A DNA stretch of 62,053 nucleotides, filler included, from Catajapyx aquilonaris (Eukaryota): the NCBI GenBank assembly GCA_000934665.2. It is 3 parts of 3 records of this genome, joined end to end, with 100 filler letters (N's around TTAATTAATTAA, not from the genome) between each part and the next. Parts side by side here need not be neighbours in the genome. Positions count along the whole stretch, not along the records: positions 1 to 20,372 come from JYFJ02006276.1; 2 more parts are not named here. One strand, written 5' to 3'. Below, piece after piece: positions 1-12,939 of the stretch. The notes below the pieces were generated by a model, which did no database searches, was not told the DNA's origin, and saw only the letters and a list, made by a program, of their open reading frames with translations. The number at the start of each line of letters is the position of its first letter. Positions within the stretch are counted from its first letter, which is position 1. The position numbers and the translations under genes are program-made.

Positions 1-199
1 TATGATATGGATATGGAATCGACAATGGAAAGAACACTTAGCACTCGTCTCCATGTGCTGATGTTTGAATTGGCCCGCCGGCCGGGGTTGCCAGGTAGCG
101 CACTACAACATAAGCAGCTTAGGCCGAATTTGTCAATAGCTGTTCGGACAATAAAGTTGGACCACCCTGTATGTATTGAGCATTGAAAGGCCAGTATAT

Positions 200-870
200 A
201 CCACAGGCTTACTGCAACAGAAGCTGCAGTATATACAATCATGGAATTATTCATGTGGTGCCGTGTGATCATGCGATGATAATAATATGTCTGAGATGAA
301 ACCCCAGCTTTTATCGGCAGCCATAAAGTAGCATCATGCCTGGTGAAACATGCCACGACCTGTGCTGCAGATGCTGAACATGTTGTTTTGTAGAGTGACT
401 GTTGCACAAGCACAGACCAAAATCGAAACATAAAGGTTGCTATTATACATTCATGAAGATCGTGACTAACCAACATTTGAGGATCCAAACTATCTATCGT
501 AAGTTCATAATTCTAATATCAGGACACACATACCTGCCCAACGACTCCGACTTCGGCAACATTGAAGGAGCTGACCGCAAGAGCGATTACAATGCAAAGC
601 ATTAGTACGAAATCATTGCACTGGTCAGGAAGAAAAATAATTTAAAGGTGCACAGATGAAAGAAGATTAGTTCCTGTCAACAGTCTCCCTGTAGAAGAGA
701 ATCACTAATAGCAAGAAAGACTCAGATGGTGTTCCATTCAAGTGGCTCAAGATTCAGTAGATGCGGTTTGAAAGATCAACACCTGACTGTGGATGATGAA
801 CTATTCCATTGTGTGGATATGAGGAAGCAGGTTCGTGGTGGCTCACCAATTGTCTTATCCTTATCACACA
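200..870 (+). pseudogene. Decayed DDE DNA-transposase fragment (Sola-like)
   Basis: Broken frames give YV*DET..GSHKVASCLVKH, HVVL*SDC..QNRNIK, SGHTYLPNDSDFGNIE and KKDSDGVPFKWLKI. These motifs are typical of Sola-type insect transposases. Stops and frameshifts are present; boundaries are approximate. Confidence 0.6.
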
Positions 871-924
871 GGAGACTATTGTTAGTTGCAGCATGCACCT
901 ATTTGCGCTACTGTGTCACCGAAG

Positions 925-996
925 TCCTCGGTAGTATAGTGGTTAGTATCCCCGCCTGTCACGCGGGAGACCGGGGTTCGATTCCCCGCCGGGGAG
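925..996 (+). tRNA. tRNA-Asp (GTC)
   Basis: 72-nt cloverleaf with acceptor stem TCCTCGG/CCGGGGA, anticodon GTC at 958-960, T loop GGTTCGATTCC and a T5 Pol III terminator at about 1018-1022. Confidence 0.97.
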
Positions 997-1071
997 GCTT
1001 TGTGTTAGAGGTCAGACTTTTTGGTAAATCATTGTGTTTTTACAGTAGATGACTTCCTTTATTCTGTATTT

Positions 1072-1286
1072 GGACGGTGTTATGCAGTAATGAGTCAACC
1101 CCATGTGAACAGTTTTGAGAAAAATTTGAGTGTCACACCGCCTGTTAAATTAATTCAGTGTCCTTTTCGGTCATTGATGGCAGAAGTATGTGAATGAAGT
1201 ATGATCCTTTGGGTATAATTATGTTCCTGGGCTTAACTCAATTTTTACATTTTTGTGGGCTGACACATTATTGCATAACACCGCCC
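1072..1286. mobile_element. MITE with ~30-bp TIRs (Sola-type), copy 1
   Basis: TIR GGACGGTGTTATGCAGTAATG...CATTATTGCATAACACCGCCC, flanked by ATTT/ATTA. A related copy lies at 25376-25613. Confidence 0.75.
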
Positions 1287-2036
1287 ATTAAATGGTCAAT
1301 ATCATATCGGTGTTCATTTCAAAAAGAGTGACTTCATTCATTGACGCTGATTTATAATAATATCGCTTATAAGAGTATAGAGTTATCTGAGCTCGAACTT
1401 GCTTCCCATAACTGTTTAAATTGGTTTTGAATATACTAGCCTACCAGTAACTCATATCCATTGCGATGGATTTCTTGATTCAACATGTAACCTATATGTA
1501 AATCTACCAATTTGTGCCCCGCCCACTTTGCAAGCCTAATTTGTGACCGCCTGAAGAAGTTAAATAACGAGAGTTCAGAACATGTTGCATATCAATTAAC
1601 CAATTTGGCTCCTACCCTTATTTAACTACCTGTAGTGAGGTGAAGTTCAGTATAGGGGTGAGTTGATTCTCAACAGATAGTCAGATATACAGTACATAAG
1701 AGTCTCGAGTGCTTAACAGCCACAGGGTGATAAATTATGGGGTGGTAAGTGCCAATAATTACGTTAAGAGGTAAAGTTTTGTTTCGGCAATATTTTTACA
1801 CATTTATGGGGAAACAGTTTGAGCTTTGAAGGTTACAATTAGTAATTGAAAATATCATTTTCCTCTTGTGAATGTTTGTTAGAATAATACCGATGCAAAA
1901 AAGAGTTAGTGTGCCAGTGTGGATGTCAGAAATTGGATATTGACAAATCTGTCCTTAGCCAATAAACTGCTGACACTTACGTGTAAATCTACCAATATTT
2001 CTCGGAATCTTCTGAGTAAAAATCGGGTTCCAAGTA

Positions 2037-2382
2037 GCTTTTTTTTTAAAAAAAAAGTTGATCCCATGAGAGGGAGCTGGGCCCTTTTAGGGGAGTGGAT
2101 TACCACCATTTGAATTTTCTCTGAATTTTCTGTTTTCTTCAAACTCAGGTGCAGGGAGATCAAGGACAATTGGTACGGATAGGGATTGTTGTGGAGGTAA
2201 CGTAGGTGCAAGTGCGATACCGATAAATGGGTCATGTACTGTTCCCCAGGAGGTTAGGTTGCCAAGGTACGGGTCAGAGACCCTCCCGACGCAGGTGAAA
2301 GGGAAATCCCATGCAGCGATCAAACCTGGGACCTTTCACTCAGCAAGCCGAGACGTTACCATCTCGGCCACCACACCGCCCC
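2037..2382 (-). mobile_element. tRNA-derived SINE with 11-bp TSD
   Basis: The minus strand starts GGGCGGTGTGGTGGCCGAGATGG (A box), then GGTTTGATC (B-box-like), and ends in a T/A-rich tail. GGTTCCAAGTA is repeated at 2026-2036 and 2383-2393. Confidence 0.8.
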
Positions 2383-3154
2383 GGTTCCAAGTATCTACAC
2401 TTACTGATTGTTTATTTGAAATTGAGATATAGTGAGCATTTTTTTCTTTCAGGCCTGCCTTTCTGTAAAAGCCAAGTAATGTGAGACTCTTCGGTGAAAA
2501 GCCATTTCGACTTGATGTCCACTATTGTCTCGTGTGAATGGGCATATTGGCCATTTACTAAGAAGAGCAGATCAAGTGACGTGTAGGTCGTCACCGGTCG
2601 TCACCTTTGTTGTTGCCAACGTCGCAAAGTGATGAAGACAATGGGCTAAAATGTACGGTAGCTTTTTCACACCCCAGAATTCTCAATTTTCACAATATCA
2701 GAAAGTTTTCAGCATCTTCCGAGTACTTGCTCTGTCAAGGTTTAAAAAACCAGGTGTAAAACAAGAAGAGTGCAAAATTAAGGAAAATCCACCAATTCGA
2801 ACAGAAGAAAAATGCAAATATGGAAGAGCTCCAGATAAAGGCTTGGAACCCCAATTAAAAGGATGACACTAACGAGAGTGAACTACCGGTACTGCCCAAA
2901 CTTTCCTTAACCATAATTTTTGTGCGTATCTTTGAACTTTCTCCATTTTTACAAGTCAGATGCTGGTTTTCACAATAAAAATACTAAATAACAGAAAATT
3001 ATACAGAGAAAAATCTAATATCAATGTCATCGATGAGAAGTGCTTCTACTAAATGCAGAATCGCCCACTAGGATCGCGACAGGCACTTGCCCTGAGCAGC
3101 GCTGTAGCAGCTATCCCACGCACTACCACCAACAGTAGCCCACTGAACGGATAA

Positions 3155-3286
3155 GGCCCGGTTTCACCAAGCCCGGTTTTCATAAAAACCCCGGATCTTT
3201 CGGAAAATTTCCGCAAATAGAATAGGGATTTTTTTCCGAAAGAACCGGGTTTTTTTTATGAAAACCGGACTTGGTGAAACCGGCCC
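3155..3286. mobile_element. Palindromic MITE, PIF/Harbinger-like
   Basis: Almost fully self-complementary (GGCCCGGTTTCACCAAG...CTTGGTGAAACCGGCCC), flanked by TAA/TCA, a 3-bp TNA-type target. Confidence 0.7.
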
Positions 3287-3388
3287 TCAGAGGGGGAATG
3301 ACCAGACTTTCCCTCCATTGAGACAGAATATTATACATCCGGTAATATAGCATCAGATGCATCTATTTGCGCTGCAATATCACCGAAG

Positions 3389-3487
3389 TCCTCGGTAGTA
3401 TAGAGTATAGTGGTTAGTATCCCCGCCTGTCACGCGGGAGACCGGGGTTCGATTCCCCCCCCCCCCCCCCCCCCCCNCCCCGGGGAG
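3389..3487 (+). pseudogene. Disrupted tRNA-Asp(GTC) copy (pseudogene or assembly error)
   Basis: Matches 925-996 except for a 7-nt AGTATAG duplication in the D arm and a poly-C run containing an N in the T/acceptor stem. Flanks are homologous to those of the first copy. Confidence 0.75.
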
Positions 3488-3831
3488 GTTATATTTTAGA
3501 CATTTTGGGAATCACTGACGTGTTTGTACAGCAGATGACTCACTTCATTTCCTATTAATGTTAGAAATTTTAATAATAATGGACCGCGATATGCTTCAGA
3601 GCCCGTGTGGAGAATAGAAGAATGGGTCACTAAGACAGGCAGAATGGAACCACGGGAACTCCCTAACTTGGAGCTTTCTGCGAATATACCGAGCAGTTAA
3701 GTAATATATTTTCATCACCTCCTTGCCTTCTCATTTTATCTAATAATGATAAAGACAGTATAGTGTCAATAACACAAACATTTTCATTGAACTCCGTTTT
3801 ATAGGTCGAATATATTTTCCCGAGAGTACTG

Positions 3832-3874
<43 letters not shown>

Positions 3875-3876
3875 AT
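3832..3876. repeat. (TAAA)n microsatellite
   Basis: Direct reading of the sequence. Confidence 0.95.
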
Positions 3877-6388
3877 AGTGTTGACGGGGTGAACAAAATA
3901 ATTGGCATTCGAAATATAAATTATTGAAAGTCGAATGACACAGTGTGCTGGAGGGGTCGTATAGGCTTGGAATTACCAGTCCTGCAATAGTACTGTAGAC
4001 CTATACAGTCCCTACACTATGTTGCCATGAGTTTCCAATAGGTTTTACCCATTGACTCCCATGGTATTGCATGCACAGAACCTCGGACACATTGATCCTT
4101 GCATTCATAGTACGGGCTATCAAGAAAGGGTGCGTTCATGAACATGTGAAGTGTGTAGTTGGAAAGAAGACTGTGGCGTGCTGGCAAGTTCGTGAGAGAG
4201 CCATATTAGGTCCAAAAAATCGTGAGCCCATTGGTTCCATGCCACCAGTCTCATCCTGCCTTAAAGGGTTTATAAGCCATGGGATCGACAGCCCTTTCAC
4301 TGTTGTGCACTTTATAAAGGGTTACTCACTCGATCATCTGTACAGCCCAGAATGGAGCGGTAATGCAATCCGCCCTGTTCACCATTTCGTTTCTCGAAGT
4401 AGTATCCAGTGGTCCATTCACTTGCATACCCATGCAGGTATGCCATTTTCAGCTTAAAAAATTAATAACACCCTACCTCCTGGAATCCGGCTTTGAATAG
4501 GGGGGGGGGGGGNNGGGGCGGATTCTATTGATTACGATACGCATGGCTTAATTTGATTAGATACAATTTGATTCCCGAATCTTCCTTCCCACGTTGCATG
4601 AAAACGGGCCCTTGGCGCAGTTTGCCTGGCGGAACGTATCCTAGATATTCGAAAATCAAAGCCTGGTAGTTTGGTGGGAAGGGGGAGCGTATAGCAGGAG
4701 AGGGGGACGTTATATATATAGGTTCGAGGGCGCGTTCTGTCGGGAGAGTTTATCCAGTTACCTAAGTCTCTTCGACACAATTTCCGCGAAAGGATCCGAC
4801 TTCAAAGGGACTCCTTTTCCTTCTTAACAGATATGATGAGAGGCACAGGAAAGCCAAAAAATAAAGAACTCTCGAAAAGAGTTGTAGTGATTCCCGACAA
4901 AGAAGTCAGGATGCTGCCGCAAAGTAGAATGAGACAATGTGCTATATTGTTAAGCTCACTGTAAAAATAAAATAAGAAGATTATGGGCTACATTGTGTAT
5001 TCAAAGGAGCATCTATTTAAAATAAGATTCTTATAGTTCATTTTTCCCGTCCGCTAAACAAAAGTAACGTACAAAGCAGTAACCTAAGGGAAGTTGCATA
5101 TTTCAAAGTAATTTATAATGACGCCATGATATCAGTATACTGTACTTTGAAAGGAAGTCTTCGCCACCTTTTACCAATGCATTATACATATTTTTTTGGT
5201 TCACTTTTATAATACATTACATACTCTTATATACCAATGTGAATACTGTATACCAGTACAGGCCTATCGACACTAATCTTTTTTGACTAAATCAAGGTAT
5301 AGTGATTGACCAGCTAGCCAACGATGTATCAAAGAGCAAGTTTAACGTGGTAGAATTTCAAACTGGCACGAGCTAGTGGCATAGTTGAACAGGTGAGCTC
5401 GTGCTTCATTTGCTTGTGACGGTATTGACGAGGTAGTTATAGGAGAGGTTAGGAGGCATCATCCGACCACGAGGTTAGGAAAGGTGCACACTAGTCTGAT
5501 ACCAGCTTGCCAGGACCAAAATAGCAAGTAGCGAGGAGGAGAGGTTTAATAATATTTTGGTAAGGGAAATTTCTTAGGGTTCATGCAGTTTACCGAGGAT
5601 TACAAGATGTCGGCTCTTGTCTGCCCTACCTACACTGCACCTGAAAATAATGTTTCGCGTAGGACAGGGGGTTTCCAACCTTTTCAACCGTCCACACCCA
5701 TTTGACGACAGTTGGTCCTTCTCACACCCCCTACAGGGCGTGATCAACGATTTATTTTTCAGGTCATTCGTTTTAATAATTCAACCCCTTTTCAACCCTA
5801 TACAACTGTCGACGAGATTCCTTATTCAAAGCTTCAAATAATTCGTATCACAGCCAAAATACATTGTGCAAGCCATCACTAAAGCCCGGATTTTTAGGTA
5901 AATGCCTATTTAGTTCCTTTACAGTTGCGATGGTTTTGTGAAGAGATCTATCCGTTTCATAAGTGGAGGATGGGGAAAATGTAGGTTCTATAGTCCCTAA
6001 AATTGCCTATGCCGTGGTTTTTGGAACTATTTCGCATATTGTGGTGTTTTGCGCCTGTTCATGTCTATTTGGCATTTTTTGGGATAGTTTTTGAACTTTT
6101 TCAAGCAATTAAGGTTTTTTTGGGGCCTATTCCGCTCGGAGCTATTCTTCCAGAGGCATGTTTTTGCGGAGTATTTTTCGTACTCCTGACCGGACCAAAA
6201 TCGTTCAGGAGTAATACTAATTTTCTCTTTACAAAACTATACTCATAGACAGGCGACATTGATTCACTAAGGAAAGTCTAGAAAAATATTTGGTAACAAC
6301 CTGTGCAAGTGGAAACGGGCTATAAGCGGCCGAGTCCAGAGCAAGTGATACTTGCGGATACTTGCTTTTTGCACAGGTTTTGTGATAT

Positions 6389-7282
6389 CCTCCTGAGACC
6401 CGGCGTCCAGTATACTGGACATCTGGAAAAGTTTTTTTGTCGCCAACTAGTGATGCCAACAGAACTGTAATCTGTTGGTATCCCATGATTACAATCTGGC
6501 CTCAATAGCTGTAGCCACCTAGTGTCGAATATCTGACTTGGGCCGCGAAAATTAAATCGCGGAAAAAATGGCGGATGCCGCTGCTGAAGCAAGGCGCTCA
6601 TCTGATAAGTTTTATTTTTTTCCTCATATTTAGAGTGCGATTTTCGTCAATGTAGTGAATGTCCTGGGATTCGCAAGGAATGTGCATTAGGAAAAACGAA
6701 AAAAATTGTCTGTGACTATCTTTGTTGCTGTAGAGAACTGGCAATTTTCTTTTCTTCCTGAGACAAAATGTCCATTTGAATGGACATCCTATTTTATTTT
6801 ATTTTAGCTAAATGGGTGTGACTTTTCTTTAAGTGCCTGTACCTATACGCCCATAAGGAAGTGCTCTTTTCACTATGCAGTTCAGTTTCAAAATCTAGAA
6901 TAGCAAGGTACCACTTTAGCGGGTAAGAAGGAAGGAGCAAGCCCATGACTGGAGTGGTGGCGTTCAAAAATAATTTCATTTATCTTTAATTGTCTTCTGA
7001 GAGGAATTTCTACCACGAATTCCACAAATGAATTTAAAAAACATTGTTTGGAGGATAGAGCACTATGTGAGTGATCCATTAAGGGGTATTTCAATTTTCA
7101 GCTTTCATCCGTTCTGCTTCTGTAGCAGCAAATGAATGCCAATGTTCTCATTGGTTGTTTGTCACCATTTTTGTCGATATTTTAAAACTAAAATTTTTTT
7201 CTCGTTTCTTATTGGGAAAATGTTCAGAAAATGCAATCGGAACTGATATTGCGTTACTCAATTCCTCTCGGGTCTCAGGAGG
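6389..7282. mobile_element. Non-autonomous TIR element with piggyBac-like ends and ATAT TSD
   Basis: 14-bp TIR CCTCCTGAGACCCG/CGGGTCTCAGGAGG with ATAT on both sides. Subterminal palindrome GTCCAGTATACTGGAC; an internal copy of the end motif lies near 6757-6788. Confidence 0.7.
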
Positions 7283-8628
7283 ATATACTGTCAATTTGTC
7301 ATTGTTATTCAGTTTTTGTTCTGGTTTGTGACCGTATATTTATCTACTTTAGGCCTATAAAATTTGTCAAGCTTTTTGATTTTCTGTAACATTATCCTTC
7401 AGTGTGCAGAGTCAATAGCTTTCATTCACATTTTGTAGCAGTCTGCCCAAGTTGTGGCTGCTCAATATGCTACGGTTGAAGGAACCGAAGTAGCTGCTGG
7501 TGTGACAGACAATTTTGTCCCCCTCTCTTCACTAAATATAAAAAGGACCAGTCATGAAATTATTGAGTAGTGGCTTATGGAATTAATGGATGGTTGCGAA
7601 AAGGTTTTCTCCGCCCAATGCCGAAAAATAGCCCCCTCTTAGGGTAATAAAGGGAGTTTCTCTCCCGTGGAAGGATTGATGGATTATTCACCCCTGGCGA
7701 CGTAAACAAAGTCGGCGACATGCAAAAGGGTGAAGAAGGAACCAAAAATGTGCGCGAGTCAACTTAGGCAGATAAACACTAATTATTAATCTATTTTGAA
7801 ATAATTTTTGTTATATCCATGAACGAGTGTTCCAGACTAAACCTTTTGCAAATAATAGAATAACATAGACAGATTGGTACAGTGTGCAGCACAATTTGCG
7901 TCCCCCCTTTCGGATATAGGCTCTTTGCGATATTCCAGCACGAAATCACCTCAATTTATTTTGCAGATATTAACTTCATTACATAGATAAAAGACCAGTG
8001 CGCCACAGACGTACAACCTGCGCATCAGAAGTATGGGGTGTTTGGGTGTGTGTGTGTGTGGGGGGGGGGAGGGTCGAATGGCATGCAGAATTACTTCGTT
8101 TACTAATGAGCATAAAGTTAACGTTTGATTACCTTCACAAATTCGTAAAGCCGAAATAGCCAAAATCAAAGAGGGTAAAGTTGTCTTAATTCGCAAAAGG
8201 ATTCTCGGAGAAAGTTCTTCAATTTTTCAACTCTCTGCCAGAATAATTGCCCTTTCATTTAATATTAATTTTGCGCGATATTTGATGACTAAACAATAAT
8301 TTGGACTGTCGAAACATGGGTGCTGGAGAAAATCAAGAAGACTTTGCACGAGTGGCACAGTTCCAAAGTGGGTCATCTGATAATTTTTATCGAATCTGAG
8401 ATTGCATTGTAGGTCGGCCCTTTAAAGTTGAAACCAAACTTCCCATGCAGTTCCTAAGTTCTAGTACACGTGCGATGAAAGGTCAAGTCGTCAGTAACAC
8501 AATTAGTCTACAATATTGCAATATGTTTTACGATTACGTCACTTTAGTTGAATGGGAAGTAATTCTAACTGTTGCATAATGAGCTATTCAGTTTGTTTTA
8601 AAATATACCCGAATGGGTACTACAAGTA

Positions 8629-9211
8629 CAGGGTGTCCAAAATCAACCTCCTTAGTTTTAACTTGCTATCATTATGCAAGTAACTGGACCATAGTGTCGA
8701 AATTGTACAAATGAGAAGGGACACTCAACAAGTTTATGTCAGCCGTAAGAAAAAGCAGTAGCCTTCCACATATGCTCATTTAGTAGGAAGCACAATTTTA
8801 AGCTGATAATCTCCCACTCCGAAGTGTTCTCCAGCATGTCAATGGTGATGGAGGACACGTCATTATTTGAGTTGTCCACTTTAATTGTATAGACTCTGTC
8901 TTGTAATTGTGAAAAGTAGAAATGTCCCGCATGTCTAGCAACTTCTGTGATCGACTTCTGCCCAGCTAACCACCACACAACTTGCGTATTTCCCCTCTGT
9001 AGATGCTTTGTTTGCATCCTAGACAAGTTTGCATCTTTTGACAGCATCCCCCACAGGAGCACCACAACATCGTCATAATAGGCTGTTCCAAAAATTCAAG
9101 ATGAAACTTGTCGAGTCTCCAGACAGTTTAAACCCCAAAACCTTAAATACCTCCCCATGTCTATTTTTTTACTGCTCTTTGAAACCAGGGACGTTCATTG
9201 TGATCACCCTG
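8629..9211. mobile_element. Tc1/mariner-derived non-autonomous element
   Basis: TA|CAGGGTG...CACCCTG|TA ends. An internal SPDSLNP remnant resembles the mariner SPDL.P motif. Similar ends occur near 165, 24627, 41780, 43853, 44518, 56321 and 56494. Confidence 0.65.
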
Positions 9212-9524
9212 TACTATTTGTCATGAAAATATCAGACAAGCGTATCCTGGCGTTATACAGTCGTACAACCATGAACACTGTGTAAATCAAGAATATATGG
9301 CAAATATACAGTAGCATGCTGATGTTTGTGTACTACTTCGAAAGCTGTGGCATGAACACACTTAGCAAATTATTACAGTCAGGGATAGGCTTTATAGGCT
9401 TATTCAGACCTCCAGTCGCCATCTTATATGTTGCAAAAGCTTTGGGAACGCTGACAGGTCGCGATATTATCCGGCCACATGGCACAATCAGTTGGGGCAA
9501 TACTTACGTAATGATTACCATTGC

Positions 9525-9800
9525 AAGTAGTTAGAGATTGCGGTACGTGTGTGACTTGAATGCATAAATGGGTGAAGCCTTCCGGATGGAACGCGTGCGG
9601 ACAACGCCCGGATTCGGAGGGGTGTTGAGGGGTCAGTTACCCGCGCCTGGGATTTTTCTTCACCGATGGCTTCAGGAACGCGAAACGTGTGTGGAGTCCA
9701 CAAGGAGGTGAGGTAAGTTGACCATGTACCACACGTACGCCTCCATTCCAATAAGGTTGCTTCACCACTTCGGTTTTGTTGTTGTTGTTGTGGTTGTTGT
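9525..9800 (+). mobile_element. Possible SINE ending in a (GTT)n tail
   Basis: GC-richer body ending in a simple-repeat tail (GTTGTTGTT...). Pol III boxes are degenerate and no TSD was found. Confidence 0.35.
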
Positions 9801-11888
9801 AACAGAAGGAAAGGTTGGGAGGAGGAATGAGAGACAATATGTACCAGTTGTAGGCTACAAGACAAGATGTGTATCTATACTTTCTTCTTTATTGGTTGTT
9901 TCTTACACAAACAGTAATAACAATATCATGAGGTATGCCCTATTTGTTTTCAAAACAATTCGGTCATAAATTCAGCTGCTATGGTGCAAGTTACATATAC
10001 TATGGATACACCGCGACATTTTCCACTCTAAGCGGGATAGTCAGTGAATAAGATGGAGACTCCGGGAGACTCACGATAACCACAGTATAACTTATTATGA
10101 GCTACATGACACATACCACACATTAAAAATGATATGAAACGCGTACTTGCACTGAAAACAATTCGGAATACTTAGAATAATAAAACCCAAGTGCAGCATA
10201 ATTTATTATCAGATATGAGCATGTACTACGGCTCACATGGGGCTAGTAGGACAGCACTCGACATGGCACATATCTTTATTTTAAACTGAACAACAATGAA
10301 AACATTTAGCATGTTATATCAGAAAGTACATCCCACCCAATGCAATGTGTTAAATCCATTTTATCTTTGAGTAAGGCTCTATACACTCTCTGAGAGATTT
10401 GCACCTCGTCTATGTTAGCCACATGATTATTATACTCCATCGTTTGCCATTTTCCATTAGGTAAGTTCAGGAAATAACCCAAACATAACTTGGTTATATT
10501 TATACTCTCATTCCTCGTTATTCTCCAAAATATTTTTCAGTAACTCATTTTCAGTAGTTTAATCGACAAAGGTCATCTACCTATTTTGAGTCTGACGAAG
10601 TAATCCGCAGTGCTTTTTGGAAGCTTTAAAGACAGTATCTTTTCAGGAAGTAACTCTGAATTTGCTCCACTATGTTGATAAGCGAGATGACTCATGATTG
10701 TGTTAGAACACCTTTTTCCTCTTGGGTCCTCTTAATCTTGCTTTGGACTTTGGACTTCTTCGAAAATATACAGTATTGCTACCATGTCGCAACGTTAGAA
10801 TGTGGTATGACTAGGTCTTCGTCTCTTCCATCATCAATTTTAGCTTCGCCTCTAATTTCCGGTCTTGGTTCTCCATGGTTTCGTTCAGTGACTTCAACCG
10901 TACCGGTACTTTGGTTTTCTCCTGCAACAGTTCCTTGATGTCTTGGACAGACGCTATCATAAGTTGCCTCTCTGCACTTAGCGGGGGATGTACGCTGCAG
11001 AACGAATATGCTTACTACTCGGAGTCCAAAAGGGGAGAATATATTTCTCGTAGAACACCCCTTCATGTGTTATAAATGTTGGTCTAGTACTCTAGTAGTC
11101 TAGTTGATACGAGGCCTTTTACTGTTCCAAAGAAGGCGGAATCGAGTCCCTCTAGCAAGCCTTTTTTTACATCAGGCTTTCCGAATACTGGACCAGTAAA
11201 TAGGCTAGGCAATCCGATGGCAAGCATTCCCTTTGCCACAAAGTTATCTCGGTGGTAACGCATCAGACTCTCAATCTCAGAGTATAGGGTCAATTCCTTA
11301 GTGGTTGGGGGCAAAAAGAAAATTTCCCGTCATCTCATCAGGAAGTGGGGGAGGAGGAAGAGAAGGTCAAAAAAACATCATTTTAATTTAGATTGTGACT
11401 CACTTCTCTCATCACTTCTGCTCTCCCCGTAATAACATCACTAGTTTAGAGCGATTTCTAAAAAAGTAAAATATGATGACAGAAACTAGTTCAATTTTAA
11501 AATGGTGTATCCTGGCAGTTGGATAACCCTGCGGGCAGAAGTGGCATATTGGTAGCCCTGAATACCAAGGATAAATTTCGTGGAAAGGAGACTCTAAGAT
11601 ACTGTATATTATACAGTATACTGTACAGTGTACAGTGTAGTACTGCATTAATTGAATGATCAGCATTAAATTATATGTTGCGGAAAGCAAATAAATTAAT
11701 AACTGGCTAGTATAATTTGCGCAACATTCACCTAACGTGCACCAAAAGCCTTCAGCCCACTCATAGCATCATACATATTAAAAATGATATGGGCCCCTCA
11801 AACGCTCTGGGTTCTTCCCATTTAAAACAGGGCTTTCCGGGGTGCGCGGTCATTTTTGATTGACCTACAGTTTCCCACTTATGAAATA

Positions 11889-12168
11889 CTAGCTGCGGCA
11901 CCCGGCGTTGCCCGGGAAGAAATGAATGAAGGGAAAACACCTGCCAGTACCCCCGTCAACTGTCTGTCTTTCTGTGTGTCCGCCCACCAATGCCATCTGT
12001 GGTCCTGCTACTCCAACACCTTCAACCTCTCCCGCCTGTATAACGGCAACCGTCATTTGCCTGCCATCTGTAGTCAACCCCCAACACCTCCATCCTCTCC
12101 CGGCCTGGGAGTGGAGCACAGATGGCAGGCAAATGACGGTTGGCAGGCGGACAGACAGACAGAGAGGG

Positions 12169-12200
<32 letters not shown>

Positions 12201-12229
12201 TCACAAACGGCTTTATTTATATAGATAGA
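11889..12229 (-). mobile_element. Non-autonomous Helitron
   Basis: On the minus strand: 5' TCTAT, a (TCTG)n tract, an internal palindrome at 12046-12143, a 3' hairpin CCCGGGCAACGCCGGG and a terminal CTAG followed by T. The A|T insertion site fits. Confidence 0.85.
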
Positions 12230-12939
12230 TTTAACCCACTGCACTGCGAGCGTTGGTGGAACGCAATCTTCAAGATACGTTGCACAAAACTACAGATAGC
12301 TTTTGGGATATGAAGGCTTAAAAAGACATTATTTCATGCAACGAACCCTCGCAACAACTTTGTCGAAAATGTTGCGTATATCAAAACTACGTTCTTTTGT
12401 AATACATTTCTCCCGAGTAAACTCCATGATATAGAGAGATAAATAATCTAGGTACTGGTACATTAAGAATAAGACTGTAATACAGTATCGTGGAAAATAT
12501 GAGTGGTAAACTACTCTTCCATATTATTACGTTTTCCTCTTATTAAGACTTTCAAGCGTTACGAGCGATCGATTGTAACACTTTGATTTGCCCAGGAAAA
12601 AATATTTATAAATTTATGAATTTTTTATCCTAATGTTTTATAATGTTCTTTTTACAGCTAGGGGAATGTTGTCTTATTATTATGGCATATTATAAATACC
12701 ACGGAGTATCATCTTGTAGTTCGCCAAACACAAGTAGGCCTACGCATAAAATGCAGATGATCGAGCAGACAATAAACCATATTCATCTCAAGATGGACCG
12801 TCGTTCATTTCTTCCTCATGTTTCGCTCAATAACTGGAAGGTCCGCCACTCCGTGTCGTTTGAATATCATGTTTGTGCAATGGCATCTCAACTGCCTGTT
12901 TAATACGCATCTGACCAAATTGATTACGTGGCTCTATTT

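Noticed and set aside
726..1052. 108-aa ORF overlapping tRNA-Asp
   Set aside because: A chance frame running through the transposase relic and the tRNA gene.
11856..12228. ORFs with QTDR/VCLS repeats
   Set aside because: These are translations of the (GACA)n tract in a non-autonomous Helitron.
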